Below, piece after piece: positions 39,801 to 55,209 of a DNA stretch of 64,000 nt. The position numbers were made by a program, and so were the translations under genes. The stretch covers positions 2,418,001 to 2,482,000 of the forward strand of contig OZ059897.1 in assembly GCA_964057225.1 (NCBI GenBank). The letters run 5' to 3'. Position 1 is the first letter of the stretch. Each line of letters begins with the position of its first letter. Below the pieces are notes generated by a model, which saw only the letters and a program-made list of their open reading frames with translations, did no database searches and was not told the DNA's origin. This stretch comes from Auanema rhodensis. Lineage: Eukaryota; Animalia; Nematoda.

Positions 39801-42800
39801 TGATCTGTGTTATCAGATTTGAGTTAACTTAAAAATGCACCGAGATATCAACTGATATAGGTTCACACTTGTATCCTCGATTTTCACCCTGAAGAAATGA
39901 TTTTTTCGTTGAAAAACATTGTCCATCGTATTCGTCTTGAAAAAAGGAATCTAAAAACATCTACTTTTCGTGAAATTATTTAGAAATTTTTCGGGAAAAT
40001 TTTTGTCAAAATGTTTTTGGAAGCAATGTTGAGTGTACATGGGAACTCAACATACACTAATGCATTATTTTTCAAACGATCATAACTAATTTTTGTATAG
40101 AGCGTTTCTCAATGTAGTATAGTGCATTCGATGCGGATTTTTAAGCTGCGTTGATCTGTGTTATCAGATTTGAGTTAGCTTAAAAATGCACCGAGATATC
40201 AACTGATATATGTTCACACTTATATCCTCGATTTTCACCCTGAAGAAATGATTTTTTCGTTGAATAACATTGTCCATCATCTTCGTCTTGAAAAAAGGAA
40301 TCTAAAAACATCTACTTTTTGTGAAATTATTTAGAAATTTTTCGGGAAAATTTTTGTCAAAATGTTTTTGGAAGCAATGTTGAGTGTACATGGGAACTCA
40401 ACATACACTAATGCATTATTTTTCAAACGATCATAACTAATTTTTGTATGGAGCGTTTCTCAATGTAGTATAGTGCATTCGATGCGGATTTTTAAGCTGC
40501 GTTGATCTGTGTTATCAGATTTGAGTTAGCTTAAAAATGCACCGAGATATCAACTGATATATGTTCACACTTATATCCTCGATTTTCACCCTGAAGAAAT
40601 GATTTTTTCGTTGAATAACATTGTCCATCATCTTCGTCTTGAAAAAAGGAATCTAAAAACATCTACTTTTTGTGAAATTATTTAGAAATTTTTCGGGAAA
40701 ATTTTTGTCAAAATGTTTTTGGAAGCAATGTTGAGTGTACATGGGAACTCAACATACACTAATGCATTATTTTTCAAACGATCATAACTAATTTTTGTAT
40801 AGAGCGTTTTTCAATGTAGTATAGTGCATTCGATGCGGATTTCTAAGCTGCGTTGATCTGTGTTATCAGATTTGAGTTAGCTTAAAAATGCACCGAGATA
40901 TCAACTGATATATGTTCACACTTATATCCTCGATTTTCACTCTGAAGAAATGATTTTTTCGTTGAATAACATTGTCCATCGTCTTCGTCTTAAAAAAAGG
41001 AATCTAAAAACATCTACTTTTTGTGAAATTATTTAGAAATTTTTCGGGAAAATTTTTGTCAAAATGTTTTTGGAAGCAATGTTGAGTGTACATGGGAACT
41101 CAACATACACTAATGCATTATTTTTCAAACGATCATAACTAATTTTTGTATGGAGCGTTTCCCAATGTAGTATAGTGCATTCGATGCGGATTTTTAAGCT
41201 GCGTTGATCTGTGTTATCAGATTTGAGTTAACTTAAAAATGCACCGAGATATCAACTGATATAGGTTCACACTTGTATCCTCGATTTTCACCCTGAAGAA
41301 ATGATTTTTTCGTTGAAAAACATTGTCCATCGTATTCGTCTTGAAAAAAGGAATCTAAAAACATCTACTTTTCGTGAAATTATTTAGAAATTTTTCGGGA
41401 AAATTTTTGTCAAAATGTTTTTGGAAGCAATGTTGAGTGTACATGGGAACTCAACATACACTAATGCATTATTTTTCAAACGATCATAACTAATTTTTGT
41501 ATAGAACGTTTCTCATTGTAGTATAGTGCATTCGATGCGGATTTTTAAGCTGCGTTGATCTGTGTTATCAGATTTGAGTTAACTTAAAAATGCACCGAGA
41601 TATCAACTGATATAGGTTCACACTTGTATCCTCGATTTTCACCCTGAAGAAATGATTTTTTCGTTGAAAAACATTGTCCATCGTATTCGTCTTGAAAAAA
41701 GGAATCTAAAAAGATCTACTTTTCGTGAAATTATTTAGAAATTTTTCGGGAAAATTTTTGTCAAAATGTTTTTGGAAGCAATGTTGAGTGTACATGGGAA
41801 CTCAACATACACTAATGCATTATTTTTCAAACGATCATAACTAATTTTTGTATAGAGCGTTTCTCAATGTAGTATAGTGCATTCGATGCGGATTTTTAAG
41901 CTGCGTTGATCTGTGTTATCAGATTTGAGTTAGCTTAAAAATGCACCGAGATATCAACTGATATATGTTCACACTTATATCCTCGATTTTCACCCTGAAG
42001 AAATGATTTTTTCGTTGAATAACATTGTCCATCATCTTCGTCTTGAAAAAAGGAATCTAAAAACATCTACTTTTTGTGAAATTATTTAGAAATTTTTCGG
42101 GAAAATTTTTGTCAAAATGTTTTTGGAAGCAATGTTGAGTGTACATGGGAACTCAACATACACTAATGCATTATTTTTCAAACGATCATAACTAATTTTT
42201 GTATGGAGCGTTTCTCAATGTAGTATAGTGCATTCGATGCGGATTTTTAAGCTGCGTTGATCTGTGTTATCAGATTTGAGTTAGCTTAAAAATGCACCGA
42301 GATATCAACTGATATATGTTCACACTTATATCCTCGATTTTCACCCTGAAGAAATGATTTTTTCGTTGAATAACATTGTCCATCATCTTCGTCTTGAAAA
42401 AAGGAATCTAAAAACATCTACTTTTTGTGAAATTATTTAGAAATTTTTCGGGAAAATTTTTGTCAAAATGTTTTTGGAAGCAATGTTGAGTGTACATGGG
42501 AACTCAACATACACTAATGCATTATTTTTCAAACGATCATAACTAATTTTTGTATAGAGCGTTTCTCAATGTAGTATAGTGCATTCGATGCGGATTTCTA
42601 AGCTGCGTTGATCTGTGTTATCAGATTTGAGTTAGCTTAAAAATGCACCGAGATATCAACTGATATATGTTCACACTTATATCCTCGATTTTCACTCTGA
42701 AGAAATGATTTTTTCGTTGAATAACATTGTCCATCGTCTTCGTCTTAAAAAAAGGAATCTAAAAACATCTACTTTTTGTGAAATTATTTAGAAATTTTTC

Positions 42801-45800
42801 GGGAAAATTTTTGTCAAAATGTTTTTGGAAGCAATGTTGAGTGTACATGGGAACTCAACATACACTAATGCATTATTTTTCAAACGATCATAACTAATTT
42901 TTGTATGGAGCGTTTCCCAATGTAGTATAGTGCATTCGATGCGGATTTTTAAGCTGCGTTGATCTGTGTTATCAGATTTGAGTTAACTTAAAAATGCACC
43001 GAGATATCAACTGATATAGGTTCACACTTGTATCCTCGATTTTCACCCTGAAGAATTAATTTTTTCGTTGAATAACATTGTCCATCGTCTTTGCCTTGAA
43101 AAAAGAAATCTAAAAACTCCTACTTTTTGTGAAATTATTTGGAAATTTTTCGGGAAAATTTTTGTCACAATGTTTTTGGAAGCAATGTTGAGTGTACATG
43201 GGAACTCAACATACACTAATGCATTATTTTTCAAACGATCATAACTAATTTTTGTATAGAGCGTTTCTCATTGTAGTATAGTGCATTCGATGCGGATTTT
43301 TAAGCTGCGTTGATCTGTGTTATCAGATTTGAGTTAACTTAAAAATGCACCGAGATATCAACTGATATAGGTTCACACTTGTATCCTCGATTTTCACCCT
43401 GAAGAAATGATTTTTTCGTTGAAAAACATTGTCCATCGTATTCGTCTTGAAAAAAGGAATCTAAAAACATCTACTTTTCGTGAAATTATTCAGAAATTTT
43501 TCGGGAAAATTTTTGTCAAAATGTTTTTGGAAGCAATGTTGAGTGTACATGGGAACTCAACATACACTAATGCATTATTTTTCAAACGATCATAACTAAT
43601 TTTTGTATAGAGCGTTTCTCAATGTAGTATAGTGCATTCGATGCGGATTTTTAAGCTGCGTTGATCTGTGTTATCAGATTTGAGTTAGCTTAAAAATGCA
43701 CCGAGATATCAACTGATATATGTTCACACTTATATCCTCGATTTTCACCCTGAAGAAATGATTTTTTCGTTGAATAACATTGTCCATCATCTTCGTCTTG
43801 AAAAAAGGAATCTAAAAACATCTACTTTTTGTGAAATTATTTAGAAATTTTTCGGGAAAATTTTTGTCAAAATGTTTTTGGAAGCAATGTTGAGTGTACA
43901 TGGGAACTCAACATACACTAATGCATTATTTTTCAAACGATCATAACTAATTTTTGTATGGAGCGTTTCTCAATGTAGAATAGTGCATTCGATGCGGATT
44001 TTTAAGCTGCGTTGATCTGTGTTATCAGATTTGAGTTAACTTAAAAATGCACCGAGATATCAACTGATATATGTTCACACTTATATCCTCGATTTTCACC
44101 CTGAAGAATTAATTTTTTCGTTGAATAACATTGTCCATCGTCTTCGTCTTAAAAAAAGGAATCTAAAAACATCTACTTTTTGTGAAATTATTTAGAAATT
44201 TTTCGGGAAAATTTTTGTCAAAATGTTTTTGGAAGCAATGTTGAGTGTACATGGGAACTCAACATACACTAATGCATTATTTTTCAAACGATCATAACTA
44301 ATTTTTGTATAGAGCGTTTCTCAATGTAGTATAGTGCATTCGATGCGGATTTCTAAGCTGCGTTGATCTGTGTTATCAGATTTGAGTTAGCTTAAAAATG
44401 CACCGAGATATCAACTGATATATGTTCACACTTATATCCTCGATTTTCACCCTGAAGAAATGATTTTTTCGTTGAATAACATTGTCCATCGTCTTCGTCT
44501 TAAAAAAAGGAATCTAAAAACATCTACTTTTTGTGAAATTATTTAGAAATTTTTCGGGAAAATTTTTGTCAAAATGTTTTTGGAAGCAATGTTGAGTGTA
44601 CATGGGAACTCAACATACACTAATGCATTATTTTTCAAACGATCATAACTAATTTTTGTATGGAGCGTTTCTCAATGTAGTATAGTGCATTCGATGCGGA
44701 TTTTTAAGCTGCGTTGATCTGTGTTATCAGATTTGCGCTAGCTTAAAAATGCACCGAGTAATCAACTGATATAGGTTCACACTTATATCCTCGATTTTCA
44801 CCCTGAAGAATTAATTTTTTCGTTGAATAACATTGTCCATCGTCTTTGCCTTGAAAAAAGAAATCTAAAAACTCCTACTTTTTGTGAAATTATTTAGAAA
44901 TTTTTCAGGAAAATTTTTGTCAAAATGTTTTTGGAAGCAATGTTGAGTGTACATGGGAACTCAACATACACTAATGCATTATTTTTCAAACGATCATAAC
45001 TAATTTTTGTATGGAGCGTTTCTCAATGTAGTATAGTGCATTCGATGCGGATTTTTAAGCTGCGTTGATCTGTGTTATCAGATTTGAGTTAGCTTAAAAA
45101 TGCACCGAGATATCAACTGATATATGTTCACACTTATATCCTCGATTTTCACCCTGAAGAAATGATTTTTTCGTTGAATAACATTGTCCATCGTCTTCGT
45201 CTTAAAAAAAGGAATCTAAAAACATCTACTTTTTGTGAAATTATTTAGAAATTTTTCGGGAAAATTTTTGTCAAAATGTTTTTGGAAGCAATGTTGAGTG
45301 TACATGGGAACTCAACATACACTAATGCATTATTTTTCAAACGATCATAACTAATTTTTGTATGGAGCGTTTCTCAATGTAGTATAGTGCATTCGATGCG
45401 GATTTTTAAGCTGCGTTGATCTGTGTTATCAGATTTGCGCTAGCTTAAAAATGCACCGAGTAATCAACTGATATAGGTTCACACTTATATCCTCGATTTT
45501 CACCCTGAAGAATTAATTTTTTCGTTGAATAACATTGTCCATCGTCTTTGCCTTGAAAAAAGAAATCTAAAAACTCCTACTTTTTGTGAAATTATTTAGA
45601 AATTTTTCAGGAAAATTTTTGTCAAAATGTTTTTGGAAGCAATGTTGAGTGTACATGGGAACTCAACATACACTAATGCATTATTTTTCAAACGATCATA
45701 ACTAATTTTTGTATGGAGCGTTTCTCAATGTAGTATAGTGCATTCGATGCGGATTTTTAAGCTGCGTTGATCTGTGTTATCAGATTTGAGTTAGCTTAAA

Positions 45801-48800
45801 AATGCACCGAGATATCAACTGATTTATGTTCACACTTATATCCTCGATTTTCACCCTGAAGAAATGATTTTTTTGTTGAATAACATTGTCCATCGTCTTC
45901 GTCTTAAAAAAAGGAATCTAAAAACATCTACTTTTTGTGAAATTATTTAGAAATTTTTCGGGAAAATTTTTGTCAAAATGTTTTTGGAAGCAATGTTGAG
46001 TGTACATGGGAACTCAACATACACTAATGCATTATTTTTCAAACGATCATAACTAATTTTTGTATGGAGCGTTTCTCAATGTAGTATAGTGCATTCGATG
46101 CGGATTTTTAAGCTGCGTTGATCTGTGTTATCAGATTTGCGCTAGCTTAAAAATGCACCGAGTAATCAACTGATATAGGTTCACACTTATATCCTCGATT
46201 TTCACCCTGAAGAATTAATTTTTTCGTTGAATAACATTGTCCATCGTCTTTGCCTTGAAAAAAGAAATCTAAAAACTCCTACTTTTTGTGAAATTATTTA
46301 GAAATTTTTCGGGAAAATTTTTGTCACAATGTTTTTGGAAGCAATGTTGAGTGTACATGGGAACTCAACATACACTAATGCATTATTTTTCAAACGATCA
46401 TAACTAATTTTTGTATGGAGCGTTTCTCAATGTAGTATAGTGCATTCGATGCGGATTTTTAAGCTGCGTTGATCTGTGTTATCAGATTTGCGCTAGCTTA
46501 AAAATGCACCGAGTAATCAACTGATATAGGTTCACACTTGTATCCTCGATTTTCACCCTGAAGAAATGATTTTTTCGTTGAAAACCATTGTCCATCGTAT
46601 TCGTCTTGAAAAAAGGAATCTAAAAACATCTACTTTTCGTGAAATTATTTAGAAATTTTTCGGGAAAATTTTTGTCAAAATGTTTTTGGAAGCAATGTTG
46701 AGTGTACATGGGAACTCAACATACACTAATGCATTATTTTTCAAACGATCATAACTAATTTTTGTATGGAGCGTTTCTCAATGTAGTATAGTGCATTCGA
46801 TGCAAATTTTTAAGCTGCGTTGATCTGTGTTATCAGATTTGCGCTAGCTTAAAAATGCACTGAGTAATCAACTGATATAGGTTCACACTTATATCCTCGA
46901 TTTTCACCCTGAAGAATTAATTTTTTCGTTGAATAACATTGTCCATCGTCTTTGCCTTGAAAAAAGAAATCTAAAAACTCCTACTTTTTGTGAAATTATT
47001 TAGAAATTTTTCGGGAAAATTTTTGTCACAATGTTTTTGGAAGCAATGTTGAGTGTACATGGGAACTCAACATACACTAATGCATTATTTTTCAAACGAT
47101 CATAACTAATTTTTGTATAGAGCGTTTCTCAATGTAGTATAGTGCATTCGATGCGGATTTTTAAGCTGCGTTGATCTGTGTTATCAGATTTGAGTTAGCT
47201 TAAAAATGCACCGAGATATCAACTGATATATGTTCACACTTATATCCTCGATTTTCACCCTGAAGAAATGATTTTTTCGTTGAATAACATTGTCCATCAT
47301 CTTCGTCTTGAAAAAAGGAATCTAAAAACATCTACTTTTTCTGAAATTATTTAGAAATTTTTCGGGAAAATTTTTGTCAAAATGTTTTTGGAAGCAATGT
47401 TGAGTGTACATGGGAACTCAACATACACTAATGCATTATTTTTCAAACGATCATAACTAATTTTTGTATGGAGCGTTTCTCAATGTAGTATAGTGCATTC
47501 GATGCGGATTTTTAAGCTGCGTTGATCTGTGTTATCAGATTTGCGCTAGCTTAAAATGCACCGAGTAATCAACTGATATAGGTTCACACTTATATCCTCG
47601 ATTTTCACCCTGAAGAAATGATTTTTTCGTTGAAAAACATTGTCCATCGTATTCGTCTTGAAAAAAGGAATCTAAAAACATCTACTTTTCGTGAAATTAT
47701 TTAGAAATTTTTCGGGAAAATTTTTGTCAAAATGTTTTTGGAAGCAATGTTGAGTGTACATGGGAACTCAACATACACTAATGCATTATTTTTCAAACGA
47801 TCATAACTAATTTTTGTATAGAGCGTTTCTCAATGTAGTATAGTGCATTCGATGCGGATTTTTAAGCTGCGTTGATCTGTGTTATCAGATTTGAGTTAGC
47901 TTAAAAATGCACCGAGATATCAACTGATATATGTTCACACTTATATCCTCGATTTTCACCCTGAAGAAATGATTTTTTCGTTGAAAAACATTGTCCATCG
48001 TATTCGTCTTGAAAAAAGGAATCTAAAAACATCTACTTTTCGTGAAATTATTTAGAAATTTTTCGGGAAAATTTTTGTCAAAATGTTTTTGGAAGCAATG
48101 TTGAGTGTACATGGGAACTCAACATACACTAATGCATTATTTTTCAAACGATCATAACTAATTTTTGTATAGAGCGTTTCTCAATGTAGTATAGTGCATT
48201 CGATGCGGATTTTTAAGCTGCGTTGATCTGTGTTATCAGATTTGAGTTAGCTTAAAAATGCACCGAGATATCAACTGATATATGTTCACACTTATATCCT
48301 CGATTTTCACCCTGAAGAAATGATTTTTTCGTTGAATAACATTGTCCATCATCTTCGTCTTGAAAAAAGGAATCTAAAAACATCTACTTTTTGTGAAATT
48401 ATTTAGAAATTTTTCGGGAAAATTTTTGTCAAAATGTTTTTGGAAGCAATGTTGAGTGTACATGGGAACTCAACATACACTAATGCATTATTTTTCAAAC
48501 GATCATAACTAATTTTTGTATAGAGCGTTTCTCAATGTAGTATAGTGCATTCGATGCGGATTTCTAAGCTGCGTTGATCTGTGTTATCAGATTTGAGTTA
48601 GCTTAAAAATACACCGAGATATCAACTGATATATGTTCACACTTATATCCTCGATTTTCACTCTGAAGAAATGATTTTTTCGTTGAATAACATTGTCCAT
48701 CGTCTTCGTCTTAAAAAAAGGAATCTAAAAACATCTACTTTTTGTGAAATTATTTAGAAATTTTTCGGGAAAATTTTTGTCAAAATGTTTTTGGAAGCAA

Positions 48801-51800
48801 TGTTGAGTGTACATGGGAACTCAACATACACTAATGCATTATTTTTCAAACGATCATAACTAATTTTTGTATGGAGCGTTTCCCAATGTAGTATAGTGCA
48901 TTCGATGCGGATTTTTAAGCTGCGTTGATCTGTGTTATCAGATTTGAGTTAACTTAAAAATGCACCGAGATATCAACTGATATAGGTTCACACTTGTATC
49001 CTCGATTTTCACCCTGAAGAATTAATTTTTTCGTTGAATAACATTGTCCATCGTCTTTGCCTTGAAAAAAGAAATCTAAAAACTCCTACTTTTTGTGAAA
49101 TTATTTGGAAATTTTTCGGGAAAATTTTTGTCACAATGTTTTTGGAAGCAATGTTGAGTGTACATGGGAACTCAACATACACTAATGCATTATTTTTCAA
49201 ACGATCATAACTAATTTTTGTATAGAGCGTTTCTCATTGTAGTATAGTGCATTCGATGCGGATTTTTAAGCTGCGTTGATCTGTGTTATCAGATTTGAGT
49301 TAACTTAAAAATGCACCGAGATATCAACTGATATAGGTTCACACTTGTATCCTCGATTTTCACCCTGAAGAAATGATTTTTTCGTTGAAAAACATTGTCC
49401 ATCGTATTCGTCTTGAAAAAAGGAATCTAAAAACATCTACTTTTCGTGAAATTATTTAGAAATTTTTCGGGAAAATTTTTGTCAAAATGTTTTTGGAAGC
49501 AATGTTGAGTGTACATGGGAACTCAACATACACTAATGCATTATTTTTCAAACGATCATAACTAATTTTTGTATAGAGCGTTTCTCAATGTAGTATAGTG
49601 CATTCGATGCGGATTTTTAAGCTGCGTTGATCTGTGTTATCAGATTTGAGTTAGCTTAAAAATGCACCGAGATATCAACTGATATATGTTCACACTTATA
49701 TCCTCGATTTTCACCCTGAAGAAATGATTTTTTCGTTGAATAACATTGTCCATCATCTTCGTCTTGAAAAAAGGAATCTAAAAACATCTACTTTTTGTGA
49801 AATTATTTAGAAATTTTTCGGGAAAATTTTTGTCAAAATGTTTTTGGAAGCAATGTTGAGTGTACATGGGAACTCAACATACACTAATGCATTATTTTTC
49901 AAACGATCATAACTAATTTTTGTATGGAGCGTTTCTCAATGTAGTATAGTGCATTCGATGCGGATTTTTAAGCTGCGTTGATCTGTGTTATCAGATTTGA
50001 GTTAGCTTAAAAATGCACCGAGATATCAACTGATATATGTTCACACTTATATCCTCGATTTTCACCCTGAAGAAATGATTTTTTCGTTGAATAACATTGT
50101 CCATCATCTTCGTCTTGAAAAAAGGAATCTAAAAACATCTACTTTTTGTGAAATTATTTAGAAATTTTTCGGGAAAATTTTTGTCAAAATGTTTTTGGAA
50201 GCAATGTTGAGTGTACATGGGAACTCAACATACACTAATGCATTATTTTTCAAACGATCATAACTTATTTTTGTATAGAGCTTTTCTCAATGTAGTATAG
50301 TGCATTCGATGCGGATTTCTAAGCTGCGTTGATCTGTGTTATCAGATTTGAGTTAGCTTAAAAATGCACCGAGATATCAACTGATATATGTTCACACTTA
50401 TATCCTCGATTTTCACTCTGAAGAAATGATTTTTTCGTTGAATAACATTGTCCATCGTCTTCGTCTTAAAAAAAGGAATCTAAAAACATCTACTTTTTGT
50501 GAAATTATTTAGAAATTTTTCGGGAAAATTTTTGTCAAAATGTTTTTGGAAGCAATGTTGAGTGTACATGGGAACTCAACATACACTAATGCATTATTTT
50601 TCAAACGATCATAACTAATTTTTGTATGGAGCGTTTCCCAATGTAGTATAGTGCATTCGATGCGGATTTTTAAGCTGCGTTGATCTGTGTTATCAGATTT
50701 GAGTTAACTTAAAAATGCACCGAGATATCAACTGATATAGGTTCACACTTGTATCCTCGATTTTCACCCTGAAGAAATGATTTTTTCGTTGAAAAACATT
50801 GTCCATCGTATTCGTCTTGAAAAAAGGAATCTAAAAACATCTACTTTTCGTGAAATTATTTAGAAATTTTTCGGGAAAATTTTTGTCAAAATGTTTTTGG
50901 AAGCAATGTTGAGTGTACATGGGAACTCAACATACACTAATGCATTATTTTTCAAACGATCATAACTAATTTTTGTATAGAACGTTTCTCATTGTAGTAT
51001 AGTGCATTCGATGCGGATTTTTAAGCTGCGTTGATCTGTGTTATCAGATTTGAGTTAACTTAAAAATGCACCGAGATATCAACTGATATAGGTTCACACT
51101 TGTATCCTCGATTTTCACCCTGAAGAAATGATTTTTTCGTTGAAAAACATTGTCCATCGTATTCGTCTTGAAAAAAGGAATCTAAAAACATCTACTTTTC
51201 GTGAAATTATTTAGAAATTTTTCGGGAAAATTTTTGTCAAAATGTTTTTGGAAGCAATGTTGAGTGTACATGGGAACTCAACATACACTAATGCATTATT
51301 TTTCAAACGATCATAACTAATTTTTGTATAGAGCGTTTCTCAATGTAGTATAGTGCATTCGATGCGGATTTTTAAGCTGCGTTGATCTGTGTTATCAGAT
51401 TTGAGTTAGCTTAAAAATGCACCGAGATATCAACTGATATATGTTCACACTTATATCCTCGATTTTCACCCTGAAGAAATGATTTTTTCGTTGAATAACA
51501 TTGTCCATCATCTTCGTCTTGAAAAAAGGAATCTAAAAACATCTACTTTTTGTGAAATTATTTAGAAATTTTTCGGGAAAATTTTTGTCAAAATGTTTTT
51601 GGAAGCAATGTTGAGTGTACATGGGAACTCAACATACACTAATGCATTATTTTTCAAACGATCATAACTAATTTTTGTATGGAGCGTTTCTCAATGTAGT
51701 ATAGTGCATTCGATGCGGATTTTTAAGCTGCGTTGATCTGTGTTATCAGATTTGAGTTAGCTTAAAAATGCACCGAGATATCAACTGATATATGTTCACA

Positions 51801-54590
51801 CTTATATCCTCGATTTTCACCCTGAAGAAATGATTTTTTCGTTGAATAACATTGTCCATCATCTTCGTCTTGAAAAAAGGAATCTAAAAACATCTACTTT
51901 TTGTGAAATTATTTAGAAATTTTTCGGGAAAATTTTTGTCAAAATGTTTTTGGAAGCAATGTTGAGTGTACATGGGAACTCAACATACACTAATGCATTA
52001 TTTTTCAAACGATCATAACTAATTTTTGTAAAGAGCGTTTCTCAATGTAGTATAGTGCATTCGATGCGGATTTCTAAGCTGCGTTGATCTGTGTTATCAG
52101 ATTTGAGTTAGCTTAAAAATGCACCGAGATATCAACTGATATATGTTCACACTTATATCCTCGATTTTCACTCTGAAGAAATGATTTTTTCGTTGAATAA
52201 CATTGTCCATCGTCTTCGTCTTAAAAAAAGGAATCTAAAAACATCTACTTTTTGTGAAATTATTTAGAAATTTTTCGGGAAAATTTTTGTCAAAATGTTT
52301 TTGGAAGCAATGTTGAGTGTACATGGGAACTCAACATACACTAATGCATTATTTTTCAAACGATCATAACTAATTTTTGTATGGAGCGTTTCCCAATGTA
52401 GTATAGTGCATTCGATGCGGATTTTTAAGCTGCGTTGATCTGTGTTATCAGATTTGAGTTAACTTAAAAATGCACCGAGATATCAACTGATATAGGTTCA
52501 CACTTGTATCCTCGATTTTCACCCTGAAGAATTAATTTTTTCGTTGAATAACATTGTCCATCGTCTTTGCCTTGAAAAAAGAAATCTAAAAACTCCTACT
52601 TTTTGTGAAATTATTTGGAAATTTTTCGGGAAAATTTTTGTCACAATGTTTTTGGAAGCAATGTTGAGTGTACATGGGAACTCAACATACACTAATGCAT
52701 TATTTTTCAAACGATCATAACTAATTTTTGTATAGAGCGTTTCTCATTGTAGTATAGTGCATTCGATGCGGATTTTTAAGCTGCGTTGATCTGTGTTATC
52801 AGATTTGAGTTAACTTAAAAATGCACCGAGATATCAACTGATATAGGTTCACACTTGTATCCTCGATTTTCACCCTGAAGAAATGATTTTTTCGTTGAAA
52901 AACATTGTCCATCGTATTCGTCTTGAAAAAAGGAATCTAAAAACATCTACTTTTCGTGAAATTATTTAGAAATTTTTCGGGAAAATTTTTGTCAAAATGT
53001 TTTTGGAAGCAATGTTGAGTGTACATGGGAACTCAACATACACTAATGCATTATTTTTCAAACGATCATAACTAATTTTTGTATAGAGCGTTTCTCAATG
53101 TAGTATAGTGCATTCGATGCGGATTTTTAAGCTGCGTTGATCTGTGTTATCAGATTTGAGTTAGCTTAAAAATGCACCGAGATATCAACTGATATATGTT
53201 CACACTTATATCCTCGATTTTCACCCTGAAGAAATGATTTTTTCGTTGAATAACATTGTCCATCATCTTCGTCTTGAAAAAAGGAATCTAAAAACATCTA
53301 CTTTTTGTGAAATTATTTAGAAATTTTTCGGGAAAATTTTTGTCAAAATGTTTTTGGAAGCAATGTTGAGTGTACATGGGAACTCAACATACACTAATGC
53401 ATTATTTTTCAAACGATCATAACTAATTTTTGTATGGAGCGTTTCTCAATGTAGAATAGTGCATTCGATGCGGATTTTTAAGCTGCGTTGATCTGTGTTA
53501 TCAGATTTGAGTTAACTTAAAAATGCACCGAGATATCAACTGATATATGTTCACACTTATATCCTCGATTTTCACCCTGAAGAATTAATTTTTTCGTTGA
53601 ATAACATTGTCCATCGTCTTCGTCTTAAAAAAAGGAATCTAAAAACATCTACTTTTTGTGAAATTATTTAGAAATTTTTCGGGAAAATTTTTGTCAAAAT
53701 GTTTTTGGAAGCAATGTTGAGTGTACATGGGAACTCAACATACACTAATGCATTATTTTTCAAACGATCATAACTAATTTTTGTATAGAGCGTTTCTCAA
53801 TGTAGTATAGTGCATTCGATGCGGATTTCTAAGCTGCGTTGATCTGTGTTATCAGATTTGAGTTAGCTTAAAAATGCACCGAGATATCAACTGATATATG
53901 TTCACACTTATATCCTCGATTTTCACCCTGAAGAAATGATTTTTTCGTTGAATAACATTGTCCATCGTCTTCGTCTTAAAAAAAGGAATCTAAAAACATC
54001 TACTTTTTGTGAAATTATTTAGAAATTTTTCGGGAAAATTTTTGTCAAAATGTTTTTGGAAGCAATGTTGAGTGTACATGGGAACTCAACATACACTAAT
54101 GCATTATTTTTCAAACGATCATAACTAATTTTTGTATGGAGCGTTTCTCAATGTAGTATAGTGCATTCGATGCGGATTTTTAAGCTGCGTTGATCTGTGT
54201 TATCAGATTTGCGCTAGCTTAAAAATGCACCGAGTAATCAACTGATATAGGTTCACACTTATATCCTCGATTTTCACCCTGAAGAATTAATTTTTTCGTT
54301 GAATAACATTGTCCATCGTCTTTGCCTTGAAAAAAGAAATCTAAAAACTCCTACTTTTTGTGAAATTATTTAGAAATTTTTCAGGAAAATTTTTGTCAAA
54401 ATGTTTTTGGAAGCAATGTTGAGTGTACATGGGAACTCAACATACACTAATGCATTATTTTTCAAACGATCATAACTAATTTTTGTATGGAGCGTTTCTC
54501 AATGTAGTATAGTGCATTCGATGCGGATTTTTAAGCTGCGTTGATCTGTGTTATCAGATTTGAGTTAGCTTAAAAATGCACCGAGATATC
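36856..54590. repeat. Duplication with a 27-monomer period (9476 bp = 27x351-1), containing internal 5-monomer repeats
   Basis: A shared 1-bp deletion (A4 instead of A5) lies at 38077-38080 and 47553-47556. Private markers aaaacc (37109/46585), gatgcaaa, aatacacc, tagaacg and tagaatag (43979/53455) are all offset by 9476. ttcactctg occurs at about 39186, 40941 and 42696 (1755 spacing) and again in copy 2. Confidence 0.92.
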
Positions 54591-55209
54591 AACTGATTTA
54601 TGTTCACACTTATATCCTCGATTTTCACCCTGAAGAAATGATTTTTTCGTTGAATAACATTGTCCATCGTCTTCGTCTTGAAAAAAGGAATCTAAAAACA
54701 TCTACTTTTTGTGAAATTATTTAGAAATTTTTCGGGAAAATTTTTGTCAAAATGTTTTTGGAAGCAATGTTGAGTGTACATGGGAACTCAACATACACTA
54801 ATGCATTATTTTTCAAACGATCATAACTAATTTTTGTATGGAGCGTTTCTCAATGTAGTATAGTGCATTTGATGCGGATTTTTAAGCTGCGTTGATCTGT
54901 GTTATCAGATTTGCGCTAGCTTAAAAATGCACCGAGTAATCAACTGATATAGGTTCACACTTATATCCTCGATTTTCACCCTGAAGAATTAATTTTTTCG
55001 TTGAATAACATTGTCCATCGTCTTTGCCTTGAAAAAAGAAATCTAAAAACTCCTACTTTTTGTGAAATTATTTAGAAATTTTTCGGGAAAATTTTTGTCA
55101 CAATGTTTTTGGAAGCAATGTTGAGTGTACATGGGAACTCAACATACACTAATGCATTATTTTTCAAACGATCATAACTAATTTTTGTATAGAGCGTTTC
55201 TCAATGTAG

